Shown: positions 41,797-53,393 of the stretch, in pieces
How positions within the stretch are numbered: the first letter of the stretch is position 1
How the letters are laid out: the number at the start of each line of letters is the position of its first letter
NCBI GenBank assembly: GCA_903813345.2
Contig: CAIIXF020000001.1
Span: forward strand, 5,270,001 to 5,334,000
Reading direction: 5' to 3'
DNA length: 64,000 nucleotides
Origin: Owenia fusiformis
Lineage: Eukaryota
The notes under the pieces: generated by a model
Told to the model about the DNA's origin: nothing
What the model saw: the letters and a program-made list of their open reading frames with translations, nothing else
Database searches by the model: none
Program-made: the position numbers and the translations under genes

Positions 41797-42132
41797 TACA
41801 GAACAAGTGAAACAATTGATATAAATACACCCAGAAAGTGCTTATTTTGCAAAAAAAGGAAGACCAATCGAGAGAATTCCACCTACTCACATGCCTTGGA
41901 ATAGCGCATTAAAAGAACAGCTTACGAGGCTGGTGTAGTTTGGGGACAAATGCGAAATTCTTCACCACCTTGCCTTTACGACTACATCAACTGGGGATGG
42001 GACAATAATGAAACTGTTACCCCACTGTGGACAACCCAGACACAGTCCTCCAAAGCCTGCCAAGCTCTTATACAATGTTCATATAAAAAGCTATGTTCTG
42101 TATGCACTTGTAAAAAGCCAGGACTTACATTT
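41797..42132 (+). pseudogene. Degenerate Academ(X)-like transposon protein C-terminus (XPG-like region and Cys-rich zinc finger)
   Basis: Across frameshifts and a stop: YRTSETIDINTPRKCLFCK/KGRPIERIPPT/ALE*RIKRTAYEAGVVWGQ...NWGW...PLWTT...SKACQALIQCSYKKLCSVCTCKKPGLT. A second copy's end, CTKSGLTCTELCDCTC*, lies at 44534-44593. Confidence 0.65.
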
Positions 42133-42402
42133 TGTGACAGTATTTATGAGATTGAAATTATAACAGAGTAAAAAAAGATCCATGTGGAACTCCTTCAAAG
42201 GCTATTTTGTATTTGGAAGACAATAATTTAATTTGAACCTGAAATATAAGATAAAATGATGTTTGAAATATTATCTTTATTCAAGAAAACAGGTTCATTC
42301 ACTTAAGTTGTTGCAAAATAAGAGCCCTCCCAAAATACTAGATGTAAACAACATGCTTTACTACTTAAACAGTATTATTTTTAAACCACATTTATCCCTA
42401 TA

Positions 42403-44405
42403 CGAGGGGTGATTCAAAAGTAATGGACAAAATTTTATAGGCACGCTTACCTTTACCAGATTTGAATGAAACTTTGTACAAATAAAGATTAATCAATTAT
42501 CTATTAGATGTTAAAATTTTATTAACTAAATGCAAATACATTTTGAGATAGACCACTTCTCTTGGATCATGGTGCATACACCCGGAATCCATTTTTAAGG
42601 CTATTTTCATCATAATAACAAATGGATTTTCAATGAAAAGTTTGCTGGTGCAATATATTTTGCAATGCAAGATGTATATGAAAAGCATATCGCAGTAAGT
42701 TCAATAATAATCCATATCATTCCTTATTATTCCTGATGATCATCCATTTGAATTATATTCAATCCTCAATGTATTCTCCTCCAAGTTCAATTACTTTCTT
42801 CTGTCGGCGCACCCATGCAGAGAACACATGCCCAAATCCATCAGCAGCCATGGTGTTCAGCTGTTTTTGTACAGCCATTTGCAGCTCAGCTAATGTCTGA
42901 AAGGATTGTCCCTTTAATGCCATCTTAAGGGTGGGAAAAAGATAGAAATCACAAGGAGCAGTATCAGGGCTATATGGAGCATGTGGAAGTTGAGGCATGT
43001 CCATGAATGCTGCAAGAGTATCCTGAACTAGCTTGGACCTGTGTGCTGGGGCATTGTCCATGTGTAACAACCGATTGTCTCTTGTGTCTTTCCTTTTCTT
43101 TTGAAGTGCCTGTCCAAGATTGCATTTTAGAACGTGAAAGTGAAATATCATTATTTATTTATTCATTCATTTATTTATCTATTTTCAAATTATTAATCTT
43201 GCTTAAAGCTATTATGACTTCATTTTCTCCTTTTAAATTGACAATGATTAAAACGGATGAAAATATCATGTTTACCTTGGTGAAGTATTTCCCTTTGATA
43301 GTCTGATGAGGAGGAACATAGTGGGTCAGGATCACGCCATCATAATCGAAGAAGGGAACAATCATCACTTTGTCAGAGGATCTGCTTTGCCTTTGTTGGG
43401 CGCCGCTCACCCTTTTTGATATACTGTGTAGATTGTAGTTTAGTTTCTGGATCTCTAAAGTATAGCCATGATTCGTCAGTAGTGATTATACGCTTTAGGA
43501 ATCCTTCTCCTTCAATGTTGTATTGCTTCAGAAAATCCTGCGCAACTTCGACACGTTGTTGCTTTTGTTCTTCAGAAAGAAGCTTAGTAATCCACTTGGC
43601 ACACACCCTTTTCATATTTAGGTCGCATTTTACAATCCTTTGTACTGTAGAGTAGGACACATCTGTAATGGAACTTATTTCTCTCAGTGTCAATCTCCTG
43701 TCTGCATTTAGGATGGACTCTACATGGTGAATAGTGTTATCAGTGCGGCCAGTCTTGGGCCTTCCAGATTGCTTTAAATCTAAGGCTCTCGTATCCCCTT
43801 CACTAAAGTGTTTGTACCATCGCTCAATGGCTTGCCTTGACAAGGCCTTGTCTCCATGTGTCTCTTTTATTTTCTTGACAACTGCCTGCCTTGTCTCTCC
43901 AGTAGCTACCAAATATTCAATAACAATCCTTTGCTTAACTTTTATTTGTTGTAAAGTAGACATTTCTTGGATGTGTGTGAGTCTAAGAGTCTGATCTACT
44001 TTCTGACTCACTGTGACTCATCATTCTTAGAAATATCATTGTGATGTCATAGCACAATTGGTTGCTGAATTTAGAACTCAACAGCAAACACATGGGCATG
44101 TGAGTCTTGCTTGACAATTGCATTACCATGCTTGTTAGACATATCATGTGTGGTAATTGAGTCATTAAAACGAAATCAAGCAAAAATGACAAAAACATTC
44201 AATTATCATTAAAAAACCAATTCCACCCATGCTTACCCTTGTTACCATGGTTACGCATAGCTGAAACAATTTCAAATGCATTTAAATGAGAATTCGACAC
44301 AAAGTAGAGAATTGATTGATCTATTCACTGTAAAAAAATTAGACTGATTGGGTGAAATTTAGTATGCCTATAAAATTTTGTCCATTACTTTTGAATCACC
44401 CCTCG
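42403..44405 (-). mobile_element. Full-length mariner-like DNA transposon (2003 bp)
   Basis: Perfect 41-bp TIRs CGAGGGGTGATTCAAAAGTAATGGACAAAATTTTATAGGCA, TA TSD, and an internal mariner transposase. Confidence 0.97.
42759..43963 (-). pseudogene. Mariner transposase, frameshifted, with a 142-bp intron-like insertion
   Basis: HTH region with SGRPKT, KWITKLL (WVPHEL-like), IITTDESW, LLHMDNAPAH, YSPDTAPCDFYLFP and GGEYIE*. Frameshift near 43385. Intervening sequence 43134-43275 starts GTAAAC and ends CTTTCAC. Confidence 0.9.
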
Positions 44406-44533
44406 TATATGAATCTACAGTATTATTTGTACCAAATTATGCGTATATGGCGGCCATTTTGATTTTTTCTTGAAATACTGTTCAGTTTTATCGATCACAG
44501 GGATGGAATTTTTCCTAACATCATAATAACAGA

Positions 44534-45073
44534 TGTACAAAATCAGGACTTACATGTACAGAATTGTGCGATTGCACATGCAATTCTGTATAAGTCATTA
44601 ACATTTAAAGACAGTATATATGGGATTGTGATTATAACAGAGTAAAAAGGAACCATGTGGAACTCCTTTAAAGGCTATTTTAAACTTGTAAGACAATAAT
44701 TTAACTTGAACTTGAAATATTAGATTGAAAAGATGTGTGAAATAGTATCTTATTCAAGAAAACAGGTTCATTCACTTCAATTGTTGCAAAATAAGAGCCC
44801 TCCCAAAATAGAACCTTGTAGAATCCCTATATAAAGTCATTTTGTCCAAATTCAAATCATTAATGAATGTGACTGTATTTCTAGATGTAAACAACATGCT
44901 TTACTCCTGTTCCAATATTATTTTTAAACCATATTTATCTCTATATATGAATCTAGAGTGTTATTTGTACCAAATTATGCCTATATGGCGGCCATCTTGA
45001 ATTTTTCTTGAAATAGTGTTCGGTTTTATTGATCACAGGGATGGAATTTTTCCTAATAACATAAATAACAGAT
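44534..45073 (+). repeat. Diverged direct duplicate of ~42115-42402 plus 44406-44533 (Academ-like 3' end); contains the empty site of the mariner
   Basis: Alignable over about 430 bp (CATGTGGAACTCCTT, CAAGAAAACAGGTTCATTCACTT, GATCACAGGGATGGAATTTTTCCTAA). Confidence 0.85.
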
Positions 45074-47457
45074 TAAGCCATTAAATTTGCTTGTATCACC
45101 AATTGAAATATTTTCCAGCAAATTCCCCCCACTATAGTACTTTTGACAGTTTGGTTTATGTAACAATAATGAGGAATTGTTTTGATCATTATGGTGTCCC
45201 ACAAACTATTTATTCGCAGATGCTTTGATTTTCCTTTGAGGATGCTCCATTTTGTCACGAAAATGGATCTATTTTTTGTAACCAGTTTGAGGTTCACCAC
45301 AGTGTATCTGCAACATATGATTAACAGCTAGTATTAAGGGTAAGTCAAATCTACAATTTATATGTTCATCTGTACTGTTTTGAAAATTATTTGATTATCA
45401 GTTTTAATTATCCCAACGAACGAAGTTTGGCAAGGATGTAATGGAGCCATCCGTCCATCAGTCAGTCTGTCCCACAGTTATATACTTTCGTTTGTAAAAA
45501 TGCCAGCCATGTCTGTTCGATGGGATTTGCTATGCTTTGGCGTTGCTGTTGTCTAGTTAAGCCTGTTGTAGGAATTTCTGGTGAAACCACTGTGAATTTT
45601 AAAATGGCTGACATTTTTTGTAAAAAAGGAACATAATCTTTGATAACTCAAATGCTAATTAACGGATATGGTTTACATTTTATATGTTGATGCCTAGGGA
45701 CAAACAAGCTCTGCTCAAGAAGGAATTTTCAAGATGGCTTCTAATTAGCAAAATATGTTTTATTTGGTGGGATTTGCCACTCCGTAGAGTTGCTGTTTTT
45801 CTAGTTTCTCGAAAGTTTGTAAACTTATTAGTAAGTCCATTGTTGTTTGTATTTATTTTAAAACTTGCATTTCTCGAAATTTAGCAACTGTGAAAATAAT
45901 TTCAAATCTACCACGCTGACCCTTTAACAACCAATGGGCGAAGTTGAAGGGAACATGTGCTAAATACATGCTCATTAACTATGCGGTGATGTCAGAGGAA
46001 ATGACCATATAGAAAGTCGTCCTTATTTCGACAACGAACTCTGATTGGCTCGGTGAGATCAGAGATTTATTGTAAACTGAAAGAATGAAGACAAAGCTCT
46101 CTTTTACGAAGTGAAATCAAACGAATGCAAAGGGTACATACATTACAACTACTCCACTGCAAATCCTTCTGTTCAATCCTTTGAAAACCCTTTGTCTAAT
46201 ATTATTACATTTTTGCATGCTCTTTTTCAGTCTAAGGGCTATTGGCCAGAAGTGATGGACATTAATACCACACTTTCCTTACTCATGTGTAACATAATGG
46301 CTGACATAATCTCCCAAACTGGCAGGGATTGCATTATTACTGTAAGTTTGAAGCTGAAATTTAATAATAACAATGGTAGCATTCGTGAATTCAACTGCTG
46401 GCTGTTGGATTAACCTACTATTTCATAAATACTTTTGTATTCCCATAGAATATGATCACAATTTTTTCACATTTTTTGTAAATAACCAAATGGTCAATGT
46501 TTCTAATTTTGAAATGTTTTGTTATACATCAATATATCTTTCAACTAGTTTTTTCAAGAAAATCTGAATTATAGAAAAAAGTTGGTCGAGACTGAAGTTC
46601 TACCTTAAATTATTTTGAATTAGTATGAGAATACACTTGCATGTATGCTTTATCAATGTATCCAGTTAAAGAGAGAATCAGAAATAGCGAGCAGCCTAAC
46701 AAAACATTGTTTTAATTTAAGAATATTTCTGGCTTATGTCATTCCTTTTCATGTCTATTTTCTAAAAATCACCAAAATTTACACTTTATTTCAGGAAAAC
46801 TAAAGATTTTTACAATAATGTATTATTTCTCTATATTTGGGAGAATTTAAACACTTTTTGCCCATTTTTGCACTTTGAATCCATTGTAACTTCACCAATT
46901 TATAATATATCAAAGATCTTTTGGGAGATATTGTATTTGAGATTGTAAGGAATAGATTGTTAGGTCAATTGTATATGTTGCTTGTAATTGTAATTTAATG
47001 TCACCCCCATAGATCTGATTCTGCCTTTAAAGTACTAAACTAAATTTCAATTTTATACTTGCAGGTGAGGATTCTGTTTGTGTATAGAATTACAACAGTA
47101 TGTAACAAAAATCGATCGTGAACTGTTCTACAATCCAATTAAATCAAGAACATTGGTTGGGTTGTTCCTTTGGAAACCTGAGTTCATTCAGTACATTGAC
47201 AGGGGATATGACATTGTTCTGTTGGAATATAGCTTGAGATGAAAAGTGAATTGACAAGAGTGGTCTTCAATGTATTCATCAATAATGATGAAAAATGAAA
47301 GAGTTGATGCTCCAGATGAGCAATGGCTATAATGACATTGACTTCATTGACAATGAATGCATGATGACTATTTTATCTATTTATCATCTGTATCTCATCT
47401 GATACAACATTGAACTACTCGTATACATAGAATTATTTTCACAATAGCATGACAAGC

Positions 47458-47803
47458 AGGTAACGGCTGTTACCTTCGCATCTAATATGGCGGATGATAA
47501 TTGTTGATTTCGATATTTTCAGTTTCCTAATTAAACTACTTTATTGTTGACTTTATGCTTTGATATTTCAACCGATTTGATCATTTGTTTATTGGAAGAT
47601 ATTGTTAAACTGTTGCACCTTTGCATGATATATGAACAAATGATTATACTCCAGAGTTTCCATGTCATATAAGTCGGTTTCAGTTCAAATGTCAAAGAAT
47701 CACATCAACTGTAAAGTTGTTTAATTCGATGAAAACTAAAAAATATCGAAATCGACACTTCTCCTCCACCATCTTTGATGTGGAGGTGACAACCGTTTAC
47801 CAT
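47458..47803. repeat. Imperfect foldback/MITE
   Basis: GATTTCGATATTTT...AATTAAAC..CTTTA / TAAAG..GTTTAATT...AAAATATCGAAATC; termini GGTAACGG...CCGTTTACC. Confidence 0.65.
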
Positions 47804-49013
47804 GTAACAATATGAATTGTGATAGATTCTGATTTAGAAATTACAGATGTTTAAACTTGCAAGGCTGATTTCTAAATTCCGCAAAATTTTAGATAGGTCC
47901 ATATAGACATATGATGATATTCTTAAAGCTTCGGGCCAGAAAAAGGATTAACTTATTGCTCATTTTGAAAAATATCTAACAATCGTAGAATAAGCCAGTT
48001 CTTTGGTTCACCAAAAGAGCGACCATGATTGTATAAGAAAGGATTATTAACTGAAACTAGACTAGAGAGATGTAGTGAGAACAGTTTTTCAAAGTAATAA
48101 AATACAAGTCATTTGTGTATATATGTACTAATATAACATTATTTATTCATGATATTTTACAATTCTATATACATAATTACAGACTTTGTACAAATAAGAT
48201 ACATACAACTATTCGTTAATGTCATCAACCACTGGAAGCAAACAAGATTATGTGGGCCTATTGGCCTCAGTCATATATCTGTACCTTACAAAATTACATG
48301 AAATTGCCTAATAAAAAATTGTCTCTTCAGTATGTTTAAATGCAAGTTTGTCTATTTGAATGATGACAGAGTTGAGGAATGAAGTGAACCTATGGTCAGT
48401 TTGGCTGAAAAAGTACTATCTTTGCTTAGTTCTGTATAAAAATCATAAAAATGTGTGTTCTAGCTAAAATGCTATGTGTATAATTTAGTGTATATGACAT
48501 GTACACCATATTAAAAGTTGCACATAAAACTAAACAATTTGTTCAAACAATAATAATCAATAAATATTGTTAGGGGATCATGGGGATTGATCTAAAATGT
48601 TATTACTCAGATTTTGGACAACATTGAACTAGAAAACGGCAACATCGCAAAGTTGCAAATCCCACGCAACACAACATATTTTATTAAATGCTTTGTTATT
48701 TTGAACATAACCTGATAGGAATAACCAGGAAATTGTAGAATCCAGTAGCCTTGTCTCATTTTGGAAAAATTTACACCCAAAATGTGACTAAATTATGTGA
48801 CTATATATAGAGATTAAATTCTAATCAGGTAAATCACTGGTATTTTTGTGTTATTTCCCTAAGAAATGGTGGCTATTTTGAATTCAGCAGTCAGTTTGAA
48901 AAAAATCATCCTGAGCTAATTTCTATATTCATATGGCATCAGCATAGCCTATAAAATTTGAAGCAAATCTGTCAAGTGGTATTTGATATACTGTGAAGTG
49001 TGAATTGCTTTAA

Positions 49014-49580
49014 AGGAACATGCCTATCCTAATATGGCAGCTAGACACATATATTTACTTTCCATATTTAGCAAAACTCTGGAAAATGTTTTAATATAGT
49101 CAATTTTGACAATTTAGAAATGTATTGCTCATTTCCAATAAGCTGCCATCTTTTAGGATTTTGCTCAGGAAGTGATATCATTGATTCTCAACTGTCATTA
49201 CCTTGCCTCTATTAGTATAGGAAAGTAGCACAAAATCATTTCAAGACAAGTGTTCCTTACTTTACTTTATGCACAAAAATGATTTCAGAGCTTGTCAGCT
49301 TAGAATAAAAGATACTTTTAGAAGGATTAAATCAGAGACTTTGAAAATGAATATTCATCCCGTTTGTAACTCTTAATATTATATACTAAGTTGAGAGTCG
49401 ATGACATCACTTTCTGAGTGAAATCTTAATAGATGGCATCCTACTGGAATTGAGCACCACATTTTTAAGTGATCAATATTGACCATATCAAAACATTTTT
49501 CCGTGTTTTGCTAAACATGGCTAGTATATATATATAGTTATAGCTACCACATTAGGAGATGGTTTAACAAGGAATATCCT
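49014..49580. mobile_element. Kolobok-like MITE with long TIRs
   Basis: TTAA|AGGA...TCCT|TTAA with about 170-bp imperfect inverted arms. Confidence 0.7.
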
Positions 49581-50270
49581 TTAATTTGACATCCATTTTA
49601 ATTTGGCGGATTGATAAAAATGCCAAATTAAGTTTCTGTCAATTTTTTGACAATGAAATTCCATGGATTTTCATCTAGTGCCTTCACCTTGCACAATAAA
49701 ACTTTGGTGAAAATCTTGACTGAAACATATTATGTCATGGATAAAATGTCAGAGTCCACGCTGGTTTAGATAAAACAATCTTTTACCAGGAGAGATCAAA
49801 TTTTGCGCAATCCGCCAAATTAAGTAGTGCCAAATTAAAGCAATTTACAGTATCAAATATTACATTTTTCACAAAAATGGCTGCCATTTTGACCCAGTAC
49901 GTTGACTAGTATTTGGAAAGGTGTTTTGTTCGGTGGGATAATTATTGAACTGTTCGTAGTCTCTCTCTCTGCCAAGTTGACCATTATTAGCTGAATGAGC
50001 TACTGAAGATACACTTAATTTGACGCTACTAAATTTGCTGGCGGATTTGCTCAATTTGAATACTTACACAAGTGAAATAATTGCAAATTACTAATTCTCA
50101 AGGGATTTTCCAAAATAGATCCGTCAAGTTGAAACAGTAGCCAAATTAAGTTTATCTACAGTATTCACAGAAAACTGAGAAACGATTATTCTCCATTTGC
50201 AATGTTCATATATTAGTACATGCAATGATGGGTACTAGTACAAACTAAAAATTTCAAAAAGGCCTTAGTT

Positions 50271-50674
50271 AGCTTTAATGTCCTGTTTAAGAACCCCTAT
50301 GCTAACTATTAAAAATGATTCTATCAAATTTACTATACCACATTGATGTACTTGTTGAGATCGTGGGCATTCATATTATTGAAAGCCCATGTTGAGATTC
50401 AATCAACTTGAGTTTTTCTGAGAAAATAAGGATTTCAGCCATGTCAGCAAGGGTGCATTGCCATAACATGGTGACATACATGATGGTATCTCCACGCTGG
50501 TCAATGGTGTATGTCCCCATGTTGAGTCAATGCACCCTTGCTAAAATCCTCATTTTCTCAGAACTCAAGTTGATCGAGTCTCAACAAGTAGATTCATGTG
50601 GGATAGTATTGCTAGAATTTTCAATAGTAAGAATAGGGGTTCTTAAACATGTTAAACAGGACATTGGACCAGCT
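50271..50674. repeat. ~400-bp foldback (near-complete hairpin)
   Basis: AATGTCCTGTTTAAGAACCCCTAT...AGCAAGGGTGCATTG is mirrored by CAATGCACCCTTGCT...ATAGGGGTTCTTAAACA...AACAGGACATT. Confidence 0.8.
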
Positions 50675-51684
50675 TTTAAGAACTTTTTGTTGGAAGTGTA
50701 GTGGTTGTATCTGCATCCCAAAAAATTATCACTGCCATGAAACCATTCACAGTTTACACTATCTTATAATGTAGACTATGTTGAACAATTACAATATTTT
50801 GGTTCACTTGTGAAAAATCACACAGTTTCATTTGCAATTTTTAAAACAGGACTGGCTTGTGTGAAATAATTGTTCACAAATATTAACAAAATCCCTCCAC
50901 TACTTTTCCAATTAAAGCAAAAAATGAGTAAACACACATAAAGATGGCGCCATATTTCAAATTGCCTGCTTTACCAGCCAAACTGACATTGGAAAGTGTA
51001 ATAATTGCTTCTAAATATTCACATATAAAATTTCAACAAAATCTACTCTAGCCTACTTTTCCAGCTATAGCAACAACGTTAAATAAACTCACATAAAAAT
51101 GGCAGCCTATTAGCCAAAATATTTTTTTATTAAAAACACTAATATTTACGTTTTGTATGAAAGTATCTAAAATACTGTAAAATTGACACTAAAATGGTAG
51201 CCATTTTGAAACCGGTGGACACTTTGAAAATTGGCTTCTGAGCAGAACTTGCACTCACAAGGGTAGAATCACAGTTAAAATGACATTTCCTTAACATTTT
51301 TCAAAACTCTTCTTTAAGTGCAGAACCACCAATCCTTCTAAGCAGGTATTCAGAATCCGTACCTCCTTCTTCCCCCTCCTGTAACCAATTTGGAAGCACC
51401 CGATTAAACTGAATCACGTGATCTAATTATGCGCAATGACTTGTACATTATTTCTGTCGCAGTGTTGCGGCAGCCAATCAGAGTTCTTAATTGGGGAAAT
51501 GCTAACTGCTTATTGCAGGGGGTAAAAAGAATATATTCTGGATTTTGAAGCCCTGTGATCGGAGGATGAGAACCACCTTAATGTGAAAACTTGGCAATTC
51601 AGTGGCTTGCATTTAATATGTAGCTCCTTATTATCCCATGTATTCTATCCAATAATGTTCAATCTGTATCATGGTATTAAAATA

Positions 51685-52123
51685 TAGGGTGTCTCAAAAA
51701 ATGTTCTCAAAAAATTTCAACACCACACGAGAATTCTTACGAACACAGTTTCCTGAAAGTCTGATCTCTCTATATGAAGACACTGACCTATTTCCCCAAA
51801 TTTGATACCCCTGGACATCTTTCTCTGGGGTTATTTGAGATCAAGAATAACTTACAGCCAACATCTGAAGAGAAATCCAAAACATTCCACCAGAAACATT
51901 AATTTTTCAAATGCAATGAATAATGTAGCAACAAAGATGCAGGCTATCATCGGGAGACAAGGAGAATACACCGATCGTGAGGTGTAAAGGTAAAGGGTTG
52001 AAGCATCAAATAGGCAAGACTGAAGTAAGAACTGCGTATTGTGCAAAAAATATCTGAAAATATTGATTGGTTTATCTGTGCTGAAGTACATGTACTATTG
52101 GGGACATTTTTAGAGACACCCTG
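51685..52123 (+). mobile_element. Deleted Tc1/mariner element with a transposase remnant
   Basis: TIRs (C/T)AGGGTGTCTC...GAGACACCCTG with TA flanks; remnant NLIPLDIFLWGYLRSRI...MQAIIGRQGEY. A related solo TIR lies at about 27099-27170. Confidence 0.8.
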
Positions 52124-53393
52124 TATATATTTGTCTGAAACAAAGATATGACTTACTTTGTACAAATATTCACTTGCGTTGTAAACTAATCTCAGCAAAT
52201 CATAATAAACTCTTGTGAAGATTAAAAAGACAATATTGCACATTTTATAATCTGTCTCTCTTCTTATGCATTTAAAGAGATATGCCTTTGACTATATACA
52301 GATATATAATGTATTATAATCATTGTGAATATGACAATATGAGGTCAGAGATGCTTATTAGTTCCAGAATTCCAAAATCAATAGAATTGCATTGTTCTAA
52401 ATGCAATTGCATTGTACATTCAGACATTTCACATATGTTTTAGACTTTATTTGGAAATATTGTTTTCAAACACCTGAACACATTTGTCAAGTTTTACCTT
52501 TGAAGTGCTCACACACACTTGGCTAATGATGATCAGTTAATATTGTTTACTATCATATTAAGTACACATTAGCCATTTTAATTGTATATATTACTTATAA
52601 TGAGAATATAAAGATAAATTTCTGATTGAGATTCAGGATTAAAATTCATAAAATTAAAAAAGATCCAAAAAGTCCATGTGTTTAAAATAACATTTGCACA
52701 ATATAGTGAAATGTGTAACTGAAAGAAATAATTCTCAGATTGTTCAAAACATTGTACATCTGAACTTATTGTACATCTGATTAGAATTACAATTCACATA
52801 GGTGATATTTAAAGTGTGTTATCCCTATATGTTATCCTCTGGCTTCTCTGCTTTTTAGATATAAATTTAAACCAAATTGTCATGGAAACAAGGACATAAA
52901 CATATACATGTCCTCACAAATGGGTGATCCTCTATAGATTTTCATCCTGAATACCCAACCATAATCAATGGAAGAAGGGTTTACGAAAAAACTGACGACT
53001 GATCTGTCGGTCTTTATCGTTAAGATGAATAGATACAAAATTAGAAGAGGAATATAAAATTAAAAACTAGGAATCCAATGACTACAGTACAAGGTCATGA
53101 TTAAAACGTGTTTAAAACATTTTTAAACTTCTGATCAGTCTCTATATACTTAGAAATATGTAGAATTTGATAGTATATAGCCTTAGCCTAATATCAATGT
53201 TCTGTGGAGATAACCAGAAACTAGCATCTATAGGATTTTCTGATTACAATCATGGCATCTAGTATTATACAGAATAATATGGCCCATGTAGCATTGGCAT
53301 GGTAATGGGTAGTTATCATCAACTTCAAAGTTTACACCACCATACAATCCAAATAGTTTGTGCTCAGCTTACGACATTGATTGCTTTTCTGTT

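Noticed and set aside
43376-43400. Programmed ribosomal frameshift in the transposase
   Set aside because: No canonical slippery heptamer at the switch; a 5-nt slippage deletion explains it more simply.
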